Source: an uncultured Deinococcales bacterium
GTDB taxonomy: Bacteria; Deinococcota; Deinococci; Deinococcales; JAAFIG01
Length of the DNA: 19,009 bases
Direction: 5' to 3'
NCBI GenBank assembly: GCA_964244895.1
Contig: CAXTKV010000094.1
Coordinates: forward strand, 1-19,009
Part shown: piece by piece, positions 1 to 7,258 of the stretch
How the letters are laid out: every line of letters begins with the position of its first letter
Numbering within the stretch: position 1 is the first letter of the stretch
Made by a program: the position numbers and the translations under genes
Notes under the pieces: generated by a model
Databases searched by the model: none
What the model saw: the letters and a program-made list of their open reading frames with translations, nothing else
What the model was told of the DNA's origin: nothing

Positions 1-2
1 CT

Positions 3-539
3 AAAAACGTGAAAACGCGCGTTCCGGTCGGCCCGAACCGCGTGCTGTACCTGAAACCCGGCCTGGACGATTCCGTCAAATTCGAGGAAGTCGTGATGAT
101 TCAGGCTCCGACCAACGGGTTGCTGGCCGCCATGCGCGTCTTCAACGACAACCCACTGGATTTGACGGTCGATCGGATCGTGTACGCGCCGAGCGCGCTG
201 GCCTCGAATCGGGTGCTGGTGCGCGCCAGTTACGACACGGCCTGGATGGACAAGCTCGATGTCTGGTCGCAGCGCGTGGCTGATGGCGCGAGCGACGCTA
301 CGCCGCCCGAAGGTGCGAGCTTTGCGAATGCGCTCGAGTTGAAGCTGAAGGTCAAACCGTCCAGGGGTTTTTCTTTTGCGGTGGTCGCGCCCAGCCTGAA
401 ACCCGGCGTGCTGTGCGGCAAGCGCGCGCGCAAGGGCGTCAGCGCCTACCTGGTTCCCGTGGTCGAGTACCACATCGCGGGCGGGCCTGAGCAGCGCTTC
501 GCGGTTCCGAGTGAGATCATCACGAACTTCTGCATCTGA
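3..539 (+). CDS. Hypothetical protein, probably 5'-truncated by the window edge
   Basis: Frame open from base 3 (ORF track starts at GTG 9) to TGA 537-539; codon usage like neighbouring genes; no family recognised. Confidence 0.65.
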   Translation, partial: KNVKTRVPVGPNRVLYLKPGLDDSVKFEEVVMIQAPTNGLLAAMRVFNDNPLDLTVDRIVYAPSALASNRVLVRASYDTAWMDKLDVWSQRVADGASDATPPEGASFANALELKLKVKPSRGFSFAVVAPSLKPGVLCGKRARKGVSAYLVPVVEYHIAGGPEQRFAVPSEIITNFCI

Positions 540-618
540 GGCTCGAGGATTGGATTTCTCGCACCCGCCAGTTTGATGGCGTGTTCAGCCGCGAGCGTAA
601 CGACGAAACCCGTGTCCC

Positions 619-644
619 GGAGGGGCAACCTTTATGGTTGCCCT
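619..644 (+). repeat. REP-like hairpin GGAG-GGGCAACC-TTTAT-GGTTGCCC
   Basis: Perfect 8-bp stem (623-630/636-643) preceded by GGAG; 625-644 matches 16298-16317 at 18/20. Lies between convergent genes. Confidence 0.6.
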
Positions 645-677
645 TCCCTCGAGATGCGCTCGATCACATCCCCAAGA

Positions 678-779
678 ATCAACCCGTCCTGCTCGGGTGT
701 TCTCGAAGCGAGGATTTCGGGAAGACCGTCCAGGACGCGATTTCTCGAGGTTGAAAAACGCTGTCCAGGACGGGCTTCT
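678..779. repeat. Cluster of 25-bp palindromic intergenic repeats (ACCGT-N5-ACGGT family)
   Basis: Units 720-744 GGAAGACCGT-CCAGG-ACGCGATTTC and 755-779 AAAACGCTGT-CCAGG-ACGGGCTTCT; degenerate unit 678-703. Confidence 0.8.
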
Positions 780-1546
780 CAACCGATGCTGTAATTCAGC
801 CTCGAGCCGATCCGCCAGAACCCGATCTTGGCGTAGCAGGCGCGGGCGGCGTCATTCTCGACGGACAGCCACACGGCGTCCCCATGGCGTGCGAGCACCC
901 CGGCCACGAGCGCGCTCGAGAGGCTGGCCGCAACCCCGCGTCGGCGCGCGTCGGGGAGCGTGGCGACGCCCTGGAGTTCGGCCAGGTCGGTTCCGAGGGT
1001 CGTGCCTGCACCCACGGCGCGTTCACCCAGAAACGCGAGTGCGGCGCGGCGACCGGCGCTGATCTGATCGCGGCAGCCGGAAATCTGTTCGGGCGTGGGC
1101 GCGTTTTCGCCGTAGCCGAAGCCGCGCGCCTGCGTCTCGAGGTAGGCCGCGAAAAGCGCGTCCGGGTCGTCGGGCAGCAGGAACTGGACGGTCACGTCGG
1201 ACGCGCTGGATGGACTGAAGGTTTCCGGCGTGACGATCATGATGTCCTGCGCGTCACCCTCGGAGTTGAAACCCGCGCGTTCGAGCGAGGTGCTCAGACC
1301 GGGCCAGCATTCGCCGATGAACTCGAGGCGCGGCGTGCGGTCGTGGGCGCGGAAGGCATCTTGCATGGCGCTGATCTCGAGTTCGCTCGGGTCGGGCTTC
1401 AGGGGCGTCGCCCAGTTCACACCCGGAAAATCGTCGTTCGGGTTGAGCAGCAGCTTGAACGCGCCCGTGTCCACCACGGTTCTGGTTTCGGCGGTGGCGG
1501 TCGCGTCGGCGGCGCTGATGCGCTCGAGCCATTCTAGATCGGTCAT
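779..1546 (-). CDS. GNAT family N-acetyltransferase
   Basis: C-terminal acetyl-CoA motif A (VATLPDARRRGVA) and motif B (NDAARACYAKIGF). Start set at ATG 1546 (MTDLEW) because TACGAT lies 6 nt upstream and the longer ORF reads through intergenic repeats. Confidence 0.85.
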   Translation of the reverse strand: MTDLEWLERISAADATATAETRTVVDTGAFKLLLNPNDDFPGVNWATPLKPDPSELEISAMQDAFRAHDRTPRLEFIGECWPGLSTSLERAGFNSEGDAQDIMIVTPETFSPSSASDVTVQFLLPDDPDALFAAYLETQARGFGYGENAPTPEQISGCRDQISAGRRAALAFLGERAVGAGTTLGTDLAELQGVATLPDARRRGVAASLSSALVAGVLARHGDAVWLSVENDAARACYAKIGFWRIGSRLNYSIG

Positions 1547-1552
1547 GAAAGC

Positions 1553-1558
1553 ATCGTA
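1553..1558 (-). promoter_or_regulatory. Putative -10 box (TACGAT) of a leaderless GNAT transcript
   Basis: TAnnnT 6 nt upstream of the ATG with no Shine-Dalgarno; leaderless mRNAs are common in Deinococcota. Confidence 0.55.
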
Positions 1559-1624
1559 CCCACCGTCCGCCGAAGATTTCAGGCCGGAGCTTCCCCGAGA
1601 TACCGCCCGTTTTTCCGTGACTTC

Positions 1625-1700
1625 CAAACACCGTCCAGCACGCCGGGATTGCAAACAAAAGAACACCGTGCCAGACGGTGTTCTCGAGAATCGAGATCGT
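1625..1700. repeat. Pair of 25-bp palindromic intergenic repeats
   Basis: 1625-1649 CAAACACCGT-CCAGC-ACGCCGGGAT and perfect 1660-1684 AGAACACCGT-GCCAG-ACGGTGTTCT; 1660-1700 matches 12435-12475 at 37/41. Confidence 0.85.
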
Positions 1701-2624
1701 TTATTTGGCCGGGCGTTCGACCCCGGCTTTTTTCAGCAAGGCCTCGCCGCCCTGCGCCAGCACGTCCTCGGCCAGTTCGGCGCCCAGGTCTTCGGCCTCG
1801 TCGGGGTCGCCCTCGATACTGGCGCGAATGACCTGCGAGCCCTCCGGGTCAGCCACGCAGCCTTCCAGGGTCAGCACGCCGTCGTCGCCGATCACGGCCA
1901 GCGCACCGACGGGCGCGCGCGGGTCATCGCCCAGGCCCGAGAGGAAGGCGCGTTCGGCGGTGATGCGGTCGTCGCTGGCGTGGTGGTGAATGCCGTAGGC
2001 GCACTCGGCGGCGATGTCGTCGTCGGCGCGCACCTCGAGCGCCAGCGCGCCCTGACCGGGCGTGGGCGTGATGATGTCGGGCGCGATCAAATCGTCGATG
2101 CGGTTGCGCAATTCCAACTGGATCAGGTCGGCGGCGGCCAGCAGCACCGCGTCGTATTCCAGGGTCGTCAGGGCTTCCAGGCGCGCATCCACCTCGCCGC
2201 GCAGATCCTTGGCGATCACGTCCGAACGGTACGCGCGCAGCAGGGCCGTCCTCAATGGGCTCGAGACGCCGACCCTGGAACCCTGCGGCAGCCCTTCGAG
2301 GGATTTGCAGTTGGCGCGTCCGACCAGCGCCACGCGCGCCTCGATGCGTTTGGTGATCGCGGCGACCTCGATTTCAGAAGCCGGGGCGGTCGGCACGTCC
2401 TTGAGGTTGTGAATCGCGATGTGAATGCGGTTGTCCGCCAACGCAGCCCGCAAATCCTGCACCAGCGTCAGGCGCGGATCATCGCCCACCTTGCCCGGTC
2501 TGGACGCGATGGTCTGGAGTTTGAATTCGGTGTCCGGCCATTCTTCCTTGAGCCGAGCAACAACCCAACGGGCCTGCGCGAGTGCGAGAAGGCTGCCTCG
2601 CGTGCCGACGACGATTTGACGCAT
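1701..2624 (-). CDS. hemC: Hydroxymethylbilane synthase (porphobilinogen deaminase) homologue with degenerate active site
   Basis: GTRGSLLALAQ, HNLKDVP, LRGEVDARL, PGQGALALEVR and AERAFL motifs; full length (307 aa). The GGC/GAGC cofactor-Cys motif is replaced by GDDP. Confidence 0.9.
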   Translation of the reverse strand: MRQIVVGTRGSLLALAQARWVVARLKEEWPDTEFKLQTIASRPGKVGDDPRLTLVQDLRAALADNRIHIAIHNLKDVPTAPASEIEVAAITKRIEARVALVGRANCKSLEGLPQGSRVGVSSPLRTALLRAYRSDVIAKDLRGEVDARLEALTTLEYDAVLLAAADLIQLELRNRIDDLIAPDIITPTPGQGALALEVRADDDIAAECAYGIHHHASDDRITAERAFLSGLGDDPRAPVGALAVIGDDGVLTLEGCVADPEGSQVIRASIEGDPDEAEDLGAELAEDVLAQGGEALLKKAGVERPAK

Positions 2625-2634
2625 ACGAGGACAG

Positions 2635-2640
2635 AGTATA
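2635..2640 (-). promoter_or_regulatory. Putative -10 box (TATACT) for the hemC homologue
   Basis: TATACT 10 nt upstream of ATG 2624; no Shine-Dalgarno in between. Confidence 0.5.
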
Positions 2641-2673
2641 GACCGTCGCAGGACTTCGCGTCGCGCGAGGGGC

Positions 2674-2708
2674 GGTCAGGGGTCAGAACTCAGGGGTCAG
2701 AGGTTGAG
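2674..2708 (+). repeat. Degenerate heptamer tandem repeat
   Basis: GGTCAGG GGTCAGA ACTCAGG GGTCAGA GGTTGAG. Confidence 0.7.
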
Positions 2709-2754
2709 CAAAAACCGTCCTGGACGATGTTTGAGGCTCCAAGCACGGTGAATT
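2709..2754. repeat. 25-bp palindromic intergenic repeat plus half-site
   Basis: 2709-2733 CAAAAACCGT-CCTGG-ACGATGTTTG; right half-site ACGGTGAATT at 2745-2754. Confidence 0.7.
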
Positions 2755-2774
2755 GAGGCTCGAGAACCAACGCT

Positions 2775-2809
2775 GTTCACCCGTGACCCGCGACTCGTGA
2801 CCCGCGACC
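2775..2809 (+). repeat. Degenerate heptamer tandem repeat
   Basis: GTTCACC CGTGACC CGCGACT CGTGACC CGCGACC. Confidence 0.75.
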
Positions 2810-2848
2810 GCCCGGTGTCGGATTTGTCCTGAGCCAGCAGGTTTCCCT

Positions 2849-2857
2849 TGCTACAGT
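2849..2857 (+). promoter_or_regulatory. Putative extended -10 (TGcTACAGT), leaderless or near-leaderless
   Basis: TGnTAnnnT 8 nt upstream of ATG 2866; no Shine-Dalgarno. Confidence 0.55.
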
Positions 2858-2865
2858 GGCCTGGC

Positions 2866-3936
2866 ATGATCCAGGGGCGACTCCGAGAAGTACCGTTGAG
2901 CGACATCTTTAACCTGATCGCCGGAGGGCGCAAATCGGGCGTCCTGACGGTCAAGCTCGACGATCGCGAGGCCAGGGTTCACGTCGAGGGCGGCAAGGTG
3001 CTGTACGCCCGCGTCGAGGACGGCGCGAACCTGGGCGAGTACCTGGTCAGGTTGGAATTGATGGCTTTAGAAGAAGTCCAACGCCTGATCTCGAGGCAGG
3101 TCTCAGAGAACCCGCACACGCCGTTGGGCATGATGGCGGTCAGGTCGGGGATCATCACCGAAGAAGACCTCAGGGCCGCCCTTGAAGCCCAAGTGCTGGA
3201 CGCCATCACCGAGATGCTCGTCTGGAGCGACAACCCGCGTTCGCGGTTCAACTTCAAGGAGCGCGGCCCGGAAGCCTCACAGGTACCCACGCCGCACATC
3301 CTGGAACCCGAATCGCTCTTGTTTGAAGCCGCGCGCCGTCTGGACGAATGGCGTCGCGGACAGGTCAAGCCGCACACCGTCCTGGAACACGCCGTCAACG
3401 CCGGAGAAGTTCAGGAAGGCGAGAAACTCAACGTCGGCCAGTGGGAACTGTTGCACATGGTCGACGGCATCCGCACCGCCTCGAGCATCGCCGCTGAACT
3501 GGACATCCCGGAGGGCGAAACCTACCGACAGCTGTTCATGCTGTTTGAAGCCGGGCTGCTGCGCGAGGCCGCCGTGCGCCCCGAAGACCCGTGGGTGCTG
3601 ATCGTCACGCCCAGCGTCAGCACGCGCCGCCTGGTGACGATGGCCCTGACGCGCGAGCGCTACCGGATCATGACCGCCAACAACTTGGAGCGCGCCCGCG
3701 AGTTGCTGGCGGCGCACCGTCCGAACAGCGTGCTGCTGGATTGGCCGGAACCGAACGAGGCCGCCAAAGTTCTGCGTTCCGTCAAGGGTCGCGCCCACAC
3801 GCCGATCATCGCGATCGTGCGTGAGGAACCGCGCGGCTGGCGCTCCAAGCTTTCAAACTTGCGTTACCTGGTGAAGCCGTACAGCGACATGGATCTGGTG
3901 CGGGCCGTGGGCGCGGTCACGGGCCGAGCCGTTTAG
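2866..3936 (+). CDS. PatA-like protein: DUF4388 (PATAN) domain, HTH-like segment and atypical C-terminal receiver domain
   Basis: N-terminus GRLREVPLSDIFNLIAGGRKSGVLTV is typical of DUF4388; LLFEAARRLDEW; VDGIRTASSIAAELDI; receiver with VLLD and YLVKPY. Start set at ATG 2866. Confidence 0.85.
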   Translation: MIQGRLREVPLSDIFNLIAGGRKSGVLTVKLDDREARVHVEGGKVLYARVEDGANLGEYLVRLELMALEEVQRLISRQVSENPHTPLGMMAVRSGIITEEDLRAALEAQVLDAITEMLVWSDNPRSRFNFKERGPEASQVPTPHILEPESLLFEAARRLDEWRRGQVKPHTVLEHAVNAGEVQEGEKLNVGQWELLHMVDGIRTASSIAAELDIPEGETYRQLFMLFEAGLLREAAVRPEDPWVLIVTPSVSTRRLVTMALTRERYRIMTANNLERARELLAAHRPNSVLLDWPEPNEAAKVLRSVKGRAHTPIIAIVREEPRGWRSKLSNLRYLVKPYSDMDLVRAVGAVTGRAV

Positions 3937-3946
3937 AACGTGTGTA

Positions 3947-4045
3947 TGAAGGCGAAGGGCAAAAGGCAAAAGTGAGGGTCGAGAGTTCGGATGTGCTGCC
4001 CGACCCATGGTCTTCCTTTTTCCTTTCACCCTTGCGGCCCTCACC
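3947..4045. repeat. Purine-rich and pyrimidine-rich heptamer tracts between convergent genes
   Basis: TGAAGGC GAAGGGC AAAAGGC AAAAGTG from 3947; GTCTTCC TTTTTCC TTTCACC at 4010-4030. Confidence 0.6.
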
Positions 4046-4080
4046 GACATTGCTCGAGACTTCATCGAGACGCCTTGAGA

Positions 4081-4482
4081 TCAATTTGCGGGTTCGTTGA
4101 TGGCGACCCAGAAACGACCGATCTCTTGCAGCCACGCTGCCCGATTCGCGCCTTCGTCCGGCCAGCGCAGGCACGAGTTCGCGCGCAGCCGAGCGGCGCG
4201 CGCCAAGCTGTCCGCGTCCCAGGCGTGCGCGATCACCACGACCGGGACGTGCGCACCGCCTGGAAGCTGCCGCAAGCGCTCGAGCACTTTCAGGCCATCC
4301 ACATCTGGCAGTTCGCGCTCGAGCAGGATCACGTCGGGTACGCTCAGCAGGTCGCCGAGGGGTTCAAATTGGGTCAGGACGCGCACCTCGAGGTCGGCGT
4401 GAACGCTCAGGGCGGACGCGAGTTCGGTCGCGGTTTTTTCGGCGGCGATCACCAGGGCGCGTCTGGAACCCGGATTGCTCAC
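4081..4482 (-). CDS. Single-domain response-regulator-like protein (Rcp1-like pseudo-receiver)
   Basis: [37 protein letters not shown] and EIGRFW..INEP follow the Rcp1-type pattern; GTG start overlaps the trmH stop (GTGA). Confidence 0.8.
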   Translation of the reverse strand: MSNPGSRRALVIAAEKTATELASALSVHADLEVRVLTQFEPLGDLLSVPDVILLERELPDVDGLKVLERLRQLPGGAHVPVVVIAHAWDADSLARAARLRANSCLRWPDEGANRAAWLQEIGRFWVAINEPAN

Positions 4483-5129
4483 GGTTGCAGCTCCGGTGCG
4501 TCCGTATCAAATGGTGGGTAGGGTTCATCCCTGGATCGGAACTGTTCGGCCTCGCGCGGGTGCAACCATTCGTACCCGATGCGCTCCAACGTGCTCCGCT
4601 CGAGCCGCGGCTCGTCGTAGAAACCCGCCTCGGCGCGCTGTCGAGCCGCCTCGAACAGGATCACGGCGGCGGCCACGCTGACGTTCAGGCTCTGCACCAT
4701 GCCGCGCATCGGGATGATGATGTTCGCATCGGCGGATTCTGCAGCCTCGTCGGACACGCCCGAGCGCTCCGCGCCCAAGAGCACGCAGGTCGGGCGGGTG
4801 TAATCGATCTGTCGGTAATCCTGAGCGCGCTCAGACAGGTGCGTGGCGATGATCTGAAAGCCCCTGGCGCGCAGGTGTTCAAACGCGGCTGGCGTGTCGG
4901 CGTGCGTGATCAACGGAACCCATTTTTCGGCGCTGGCGCTGGTTTCGTTGAAGGTCGGCACGCGACCGTCCGCCGATACGGCGTGCGCCTCGAACACCCC
5001 GACCGCATCGCAGGATCGCAGGATCGCGGAGAGGTTGTGCGGCTTGTGGACGCGTTCCAGCAGCACCGTCAAGTCCGGCTGGCGCTTTGAAAGCACCTCG
5101 CGGATGCGGTGGCCGCGCTCCAGGGTCAC
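4479..5129 (-). CDS. trmH: tRNA (guanosine-18 2'-O)-methyltransferase, SPOUT family
   Basis: [63 protein letters not shown]-like AAGGGG upstream of GTG. Confidence 0.95.
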   Translation of the reverse strand: MTLERGHRIREVLSKRQPDLTVLLERVHKPHNLSAILRSCDAVGVFEAHAVSADGRVPTFNETSASAEKWVPLITHADTPAAFEHLRARGFQIIATHLSERAQDYRQIDYTRPTCVLLGAERSGVSDEAAESADANIIIPMRGMVQSLNVSVAAAVILFEAARQRAEAGFYDEPRLERSTLERIGYEWLHPREAEQFRSRDEPYPPFDTDAPELQP

Positions 5130-5147
5130 GCCAGCCCCTTGACACAG

Positions 5148-5209
5148 AGAACACCGTCTGGGACGGCATTTTTAGCGCACCGCGCTGGACGGTGTGCTCG
5201 AGCCTCGAG
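5148..5209. repeat. Pair of 25-bp palindromic intergenic repeats followed by two CTCGAG sites
   Basis: 5148-5172 AGAACACCGT-CTGGG-ACGGCATTTT; 5174-5198 AGCGCACCGC-GCTGG-ACGGTGTGCT; CTCGAG at 5197 and 5204. Confidence 0.8.
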
Positions 5210-5225
5210 AAGCGATCCGGAACCG

Positions 5226-7049
5226 TCAGGCACGCGAGCCTTCCAGCTTCGAGGCTCGAGCCTCGAAAAATTGCCGCGCGACCCACACCAAGAGCGACAC
5301 GACCGCACCGATGACCGCACCGAAGGCGATGCCGTTAACGGTGCGCAGCAGGGAAATCAGCATTGGCGTGTGGTAATGGGCGAAGGTGTCGATGATCGAG
5401 CCCTGCCCGATCACGCCGCCCAGCAAGAGCAAATTCGTGAACCACACGGGCCACGGTTGGGTCAGCCCGAGGATCGCCATCGGATGCAACAGGATTTCCT
5501 TGGTGCGCGGGCGAATCAAGGAATCCTGCAGGGCAGCCCGCACCTTGGTTTCGGTGGCGCTGACGCTGACGGCGGGCGTGTTGCCGCGCCGCAACAGCAC
5601 CAGCGCGATCGCCCCCAGCGCCACCAACGCGAGCGCCAGCGTGCCCAGGCTGACGGGCTGGTTCCACAGGTCGCGGATGGTCTTGCGGATGTCCTGTCTG
5701 GGCAGCATCGTCAAGGCCAGCAGCAACGGCGGCAGCGCCAGCGTCAGGGCCACGCCCCGGAACGGCTCGAGCGCCAGGACTTCGTTGCGACCTGCGCCCA
5801 ACGCGCTGACGAAGAACGCGCCCATGATGGAAATCGCGGTCGCGCGCAACCAGTCGATGCCACCGCCGACCGGGTTCTGCCGCCGGGAAAGCGCGAATCC
5901 CAGCACCGGGAAGACGCAAGCCGCTAAGAGCGCCTCGCCGCTCGAGCCGAAGCCACCGCCGACGAACGACAAGCCCAGCACGCCGAGCGCCGTCAGCGCA
6001 GCCAGCCAACCCCAGGCCAGGCAGGTCACGAAAAGCGCCAATCCCAGCAATGGCCCGATCAGCGACAGGCGTTGCAGCAATTTGTTCTGGCTGAACTCGA
6101 GCGGTGCGGGCGTGCCGAGCTTCAGGCTGGCTTTCTCGAGCCCTTCCGTGATTTTTTTCAGAAAAATTTCCGTGTCCGCGATGCGGTAGAAGGGGCGCAC
6201 GTACAACAATCGGTGGTTGCGTTCCCGCGCGGCCAGCACGAACTTGCTGGCGACTTCCTCGGGTTGCAAGACCGCCTGCCACTCCGGGCGCAACGAGAAC
6301 ACGCGCACGACCGGGTTGACCTTGGCGATCTTCTCGATGTCCTTCTGGTCGGCGGCTTCGACCACGCCGGTGATCAGGTTCTGCGTGCGCTGCCGGACTT
6401 TCTCGATGTTGGCATCGTCGCCCGCGCCGACGACCTCGTCACCGGCGTAAATGATGAAGGGAACTCTCGGGAAGTCCGCGCCGGGGTCCACGACCGGCAG
6501 GGCGTTGAACGGTCGGTAGACGACGAAGAACCCCTGTTTTTCGAGGCTGGCGATCTGTTTCAGATCCGGCCCGGCGGGCAGGCCGATCACGTCTATTGGG
6601 AAGGCGATCCATTTCGAGCCGTCCACGGTGACTTCGCGGGTGGCGTAACGGTATTTGGCTTTGAAGGCTTCGGCGGCGCCCGGCTCTAAAGATCGCATGT
6701 AGTACTCGTTCGAGCGCAATTGTGACACGTCCTTGCCGCCGGAAACGCGCTCGTTGCGCCAGTCCGCACCGGCGCGGTAGAGCACCCGATCCGTCTGGAT
6801 CAACCGCCCCAGCGTGGCCTCGTAAATGCTCACGCCCGCCACGCCGAGCGCCTTGTAGCGCGCCAAGAGCGCATTCGGCTCGAGGCCGTTCTCTCGAGCT
6901 TGGCGCACCACGTCCGGATAATCGATGACCACGGCCAGCGTGTCGTAGGCGCGCTCGAATTGCACGCGTTGCACGGCCAGGATCAACGGCGGGATCAGGG
7001 AAAGGGTCAATAGGATCGACAGGATCAGTTGAATTCGGGACTTCGGCAC
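5226..7049 (-). CDS. DUF5693-family membrane protein (N-terminal anchor, large soluble domain, C-terminal multi-TM region)
   Basis: LAARERNHRLLYVRP, FRGVAL, RPRTKEILLHP and DTFAHYHTP motifs recalled for DUF5693; SD AAGGAG upstream of GTG 7049. Confidence 0.8.
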   Translation of the reverse strand: MPKSRIQLILSILLTLSLIPPLILAVQRVQFERAYDTLAVVIDYPDVVRQARENGLEPNALLARYKALGVAGVSIYEATLGRLIQTDRVLYRAGADWRNERVSGGKDVSQLRSNEYYMRSLEPGAAEAFKAKYRYATREVTVDGSKWIAFPIDVIGLPAGPDLKQIASLEKQGFFVVYRPFNALPVVDPGADFPRVPFIIYAGDEVVGAGDDANIEKVRQRTQNLITGVVEAADQKDIEKIAKVNPVVRVFSLRPEWQAVLQPEEVASKFVLAARERNHRLLYVRPFYRIADTEIFLKKITEGLEKASLKLGTPAPLEFSQNKLLQRLSLIGPLLGLALFVTCLAWGWLAALTALGVLGLSFVGGGFGSSGEALLAACVFPVLGFALSRRQNPVGGGIDWLRATAISIMGAFFVSALGAGRNEVLALEPFRGVALTLALPPLLLALTMLPRQDIRKTIRDLWNQPVSLGTLALALVALGAIALVLLRRGNTPAVSVSATETKVRAALQDSLIRPRTKEILLHPMAILGLTQPWPVWFTNLLLLGGVIGQGSIIDTFAHYHTPMLISLLRTVNGIAFGAVIGAVVSLLVWVARQFFEARASKLEGSRA

Positions 7050-7139
7050 GTGTGGGACTCCTTGTGGGCAGCCCGAGTGGTCTCGAGCGCTCGCGGCTCG
7101 AGTCTAACGACTGGTCTACCTCAGACGCTACTCATTCAA

Positions 7140-7195
7140 AAAAGATCGTCCTGGACGGTGTTCTTCCAGGGTATTCCCGTCGCGGACGGTATTTT
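7140..7195. repeat. Pair of 25-bp palindromic intergenic repeats
   Basis: 7140-7164 AAAAGATCGT-CCTGG-ACGGTGTTCT; 7171-7195 GTATTCCCGT-CGCGG-ACGGTATTTT. Confidence 0.8.
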
Positions 7196-7258
7196 TCACG
7201 GCGATTCGTGCGGTGTGAGCCATCGACGCTCGAGATTCAGGCTCGAGGATCGGATCAC

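Noticed and set aside
1547..1666. 40-aa N-terminal extension of the GNAT ORF
   Set aside because: Reads through intergenic repeats; ATG 1546 has a well-placed -10 box.
1701..2624. Annotating the hemC homologue as a pseudogene
   Set aside because: Frame intact, full length, plausible promoter, scaffold conserved; loss is concentrated at active-site residues.
1230..2756. 508-aa plus-strand ORF and other long antisense ORFs (e.g. 884-1537, 5109-5927, 10563-11450, 11491-12336)
   Set aside because: Shadow frames of well-supported genes in GC-rich DNA; no recognisable motifs.
3371..3390. CACCGTCCTGGA half-match to the 25-bp repeat inside the PatA-like gene
   Set aside because: Right arm absent and in-frame coding context (HTVLE); compatible with chance.
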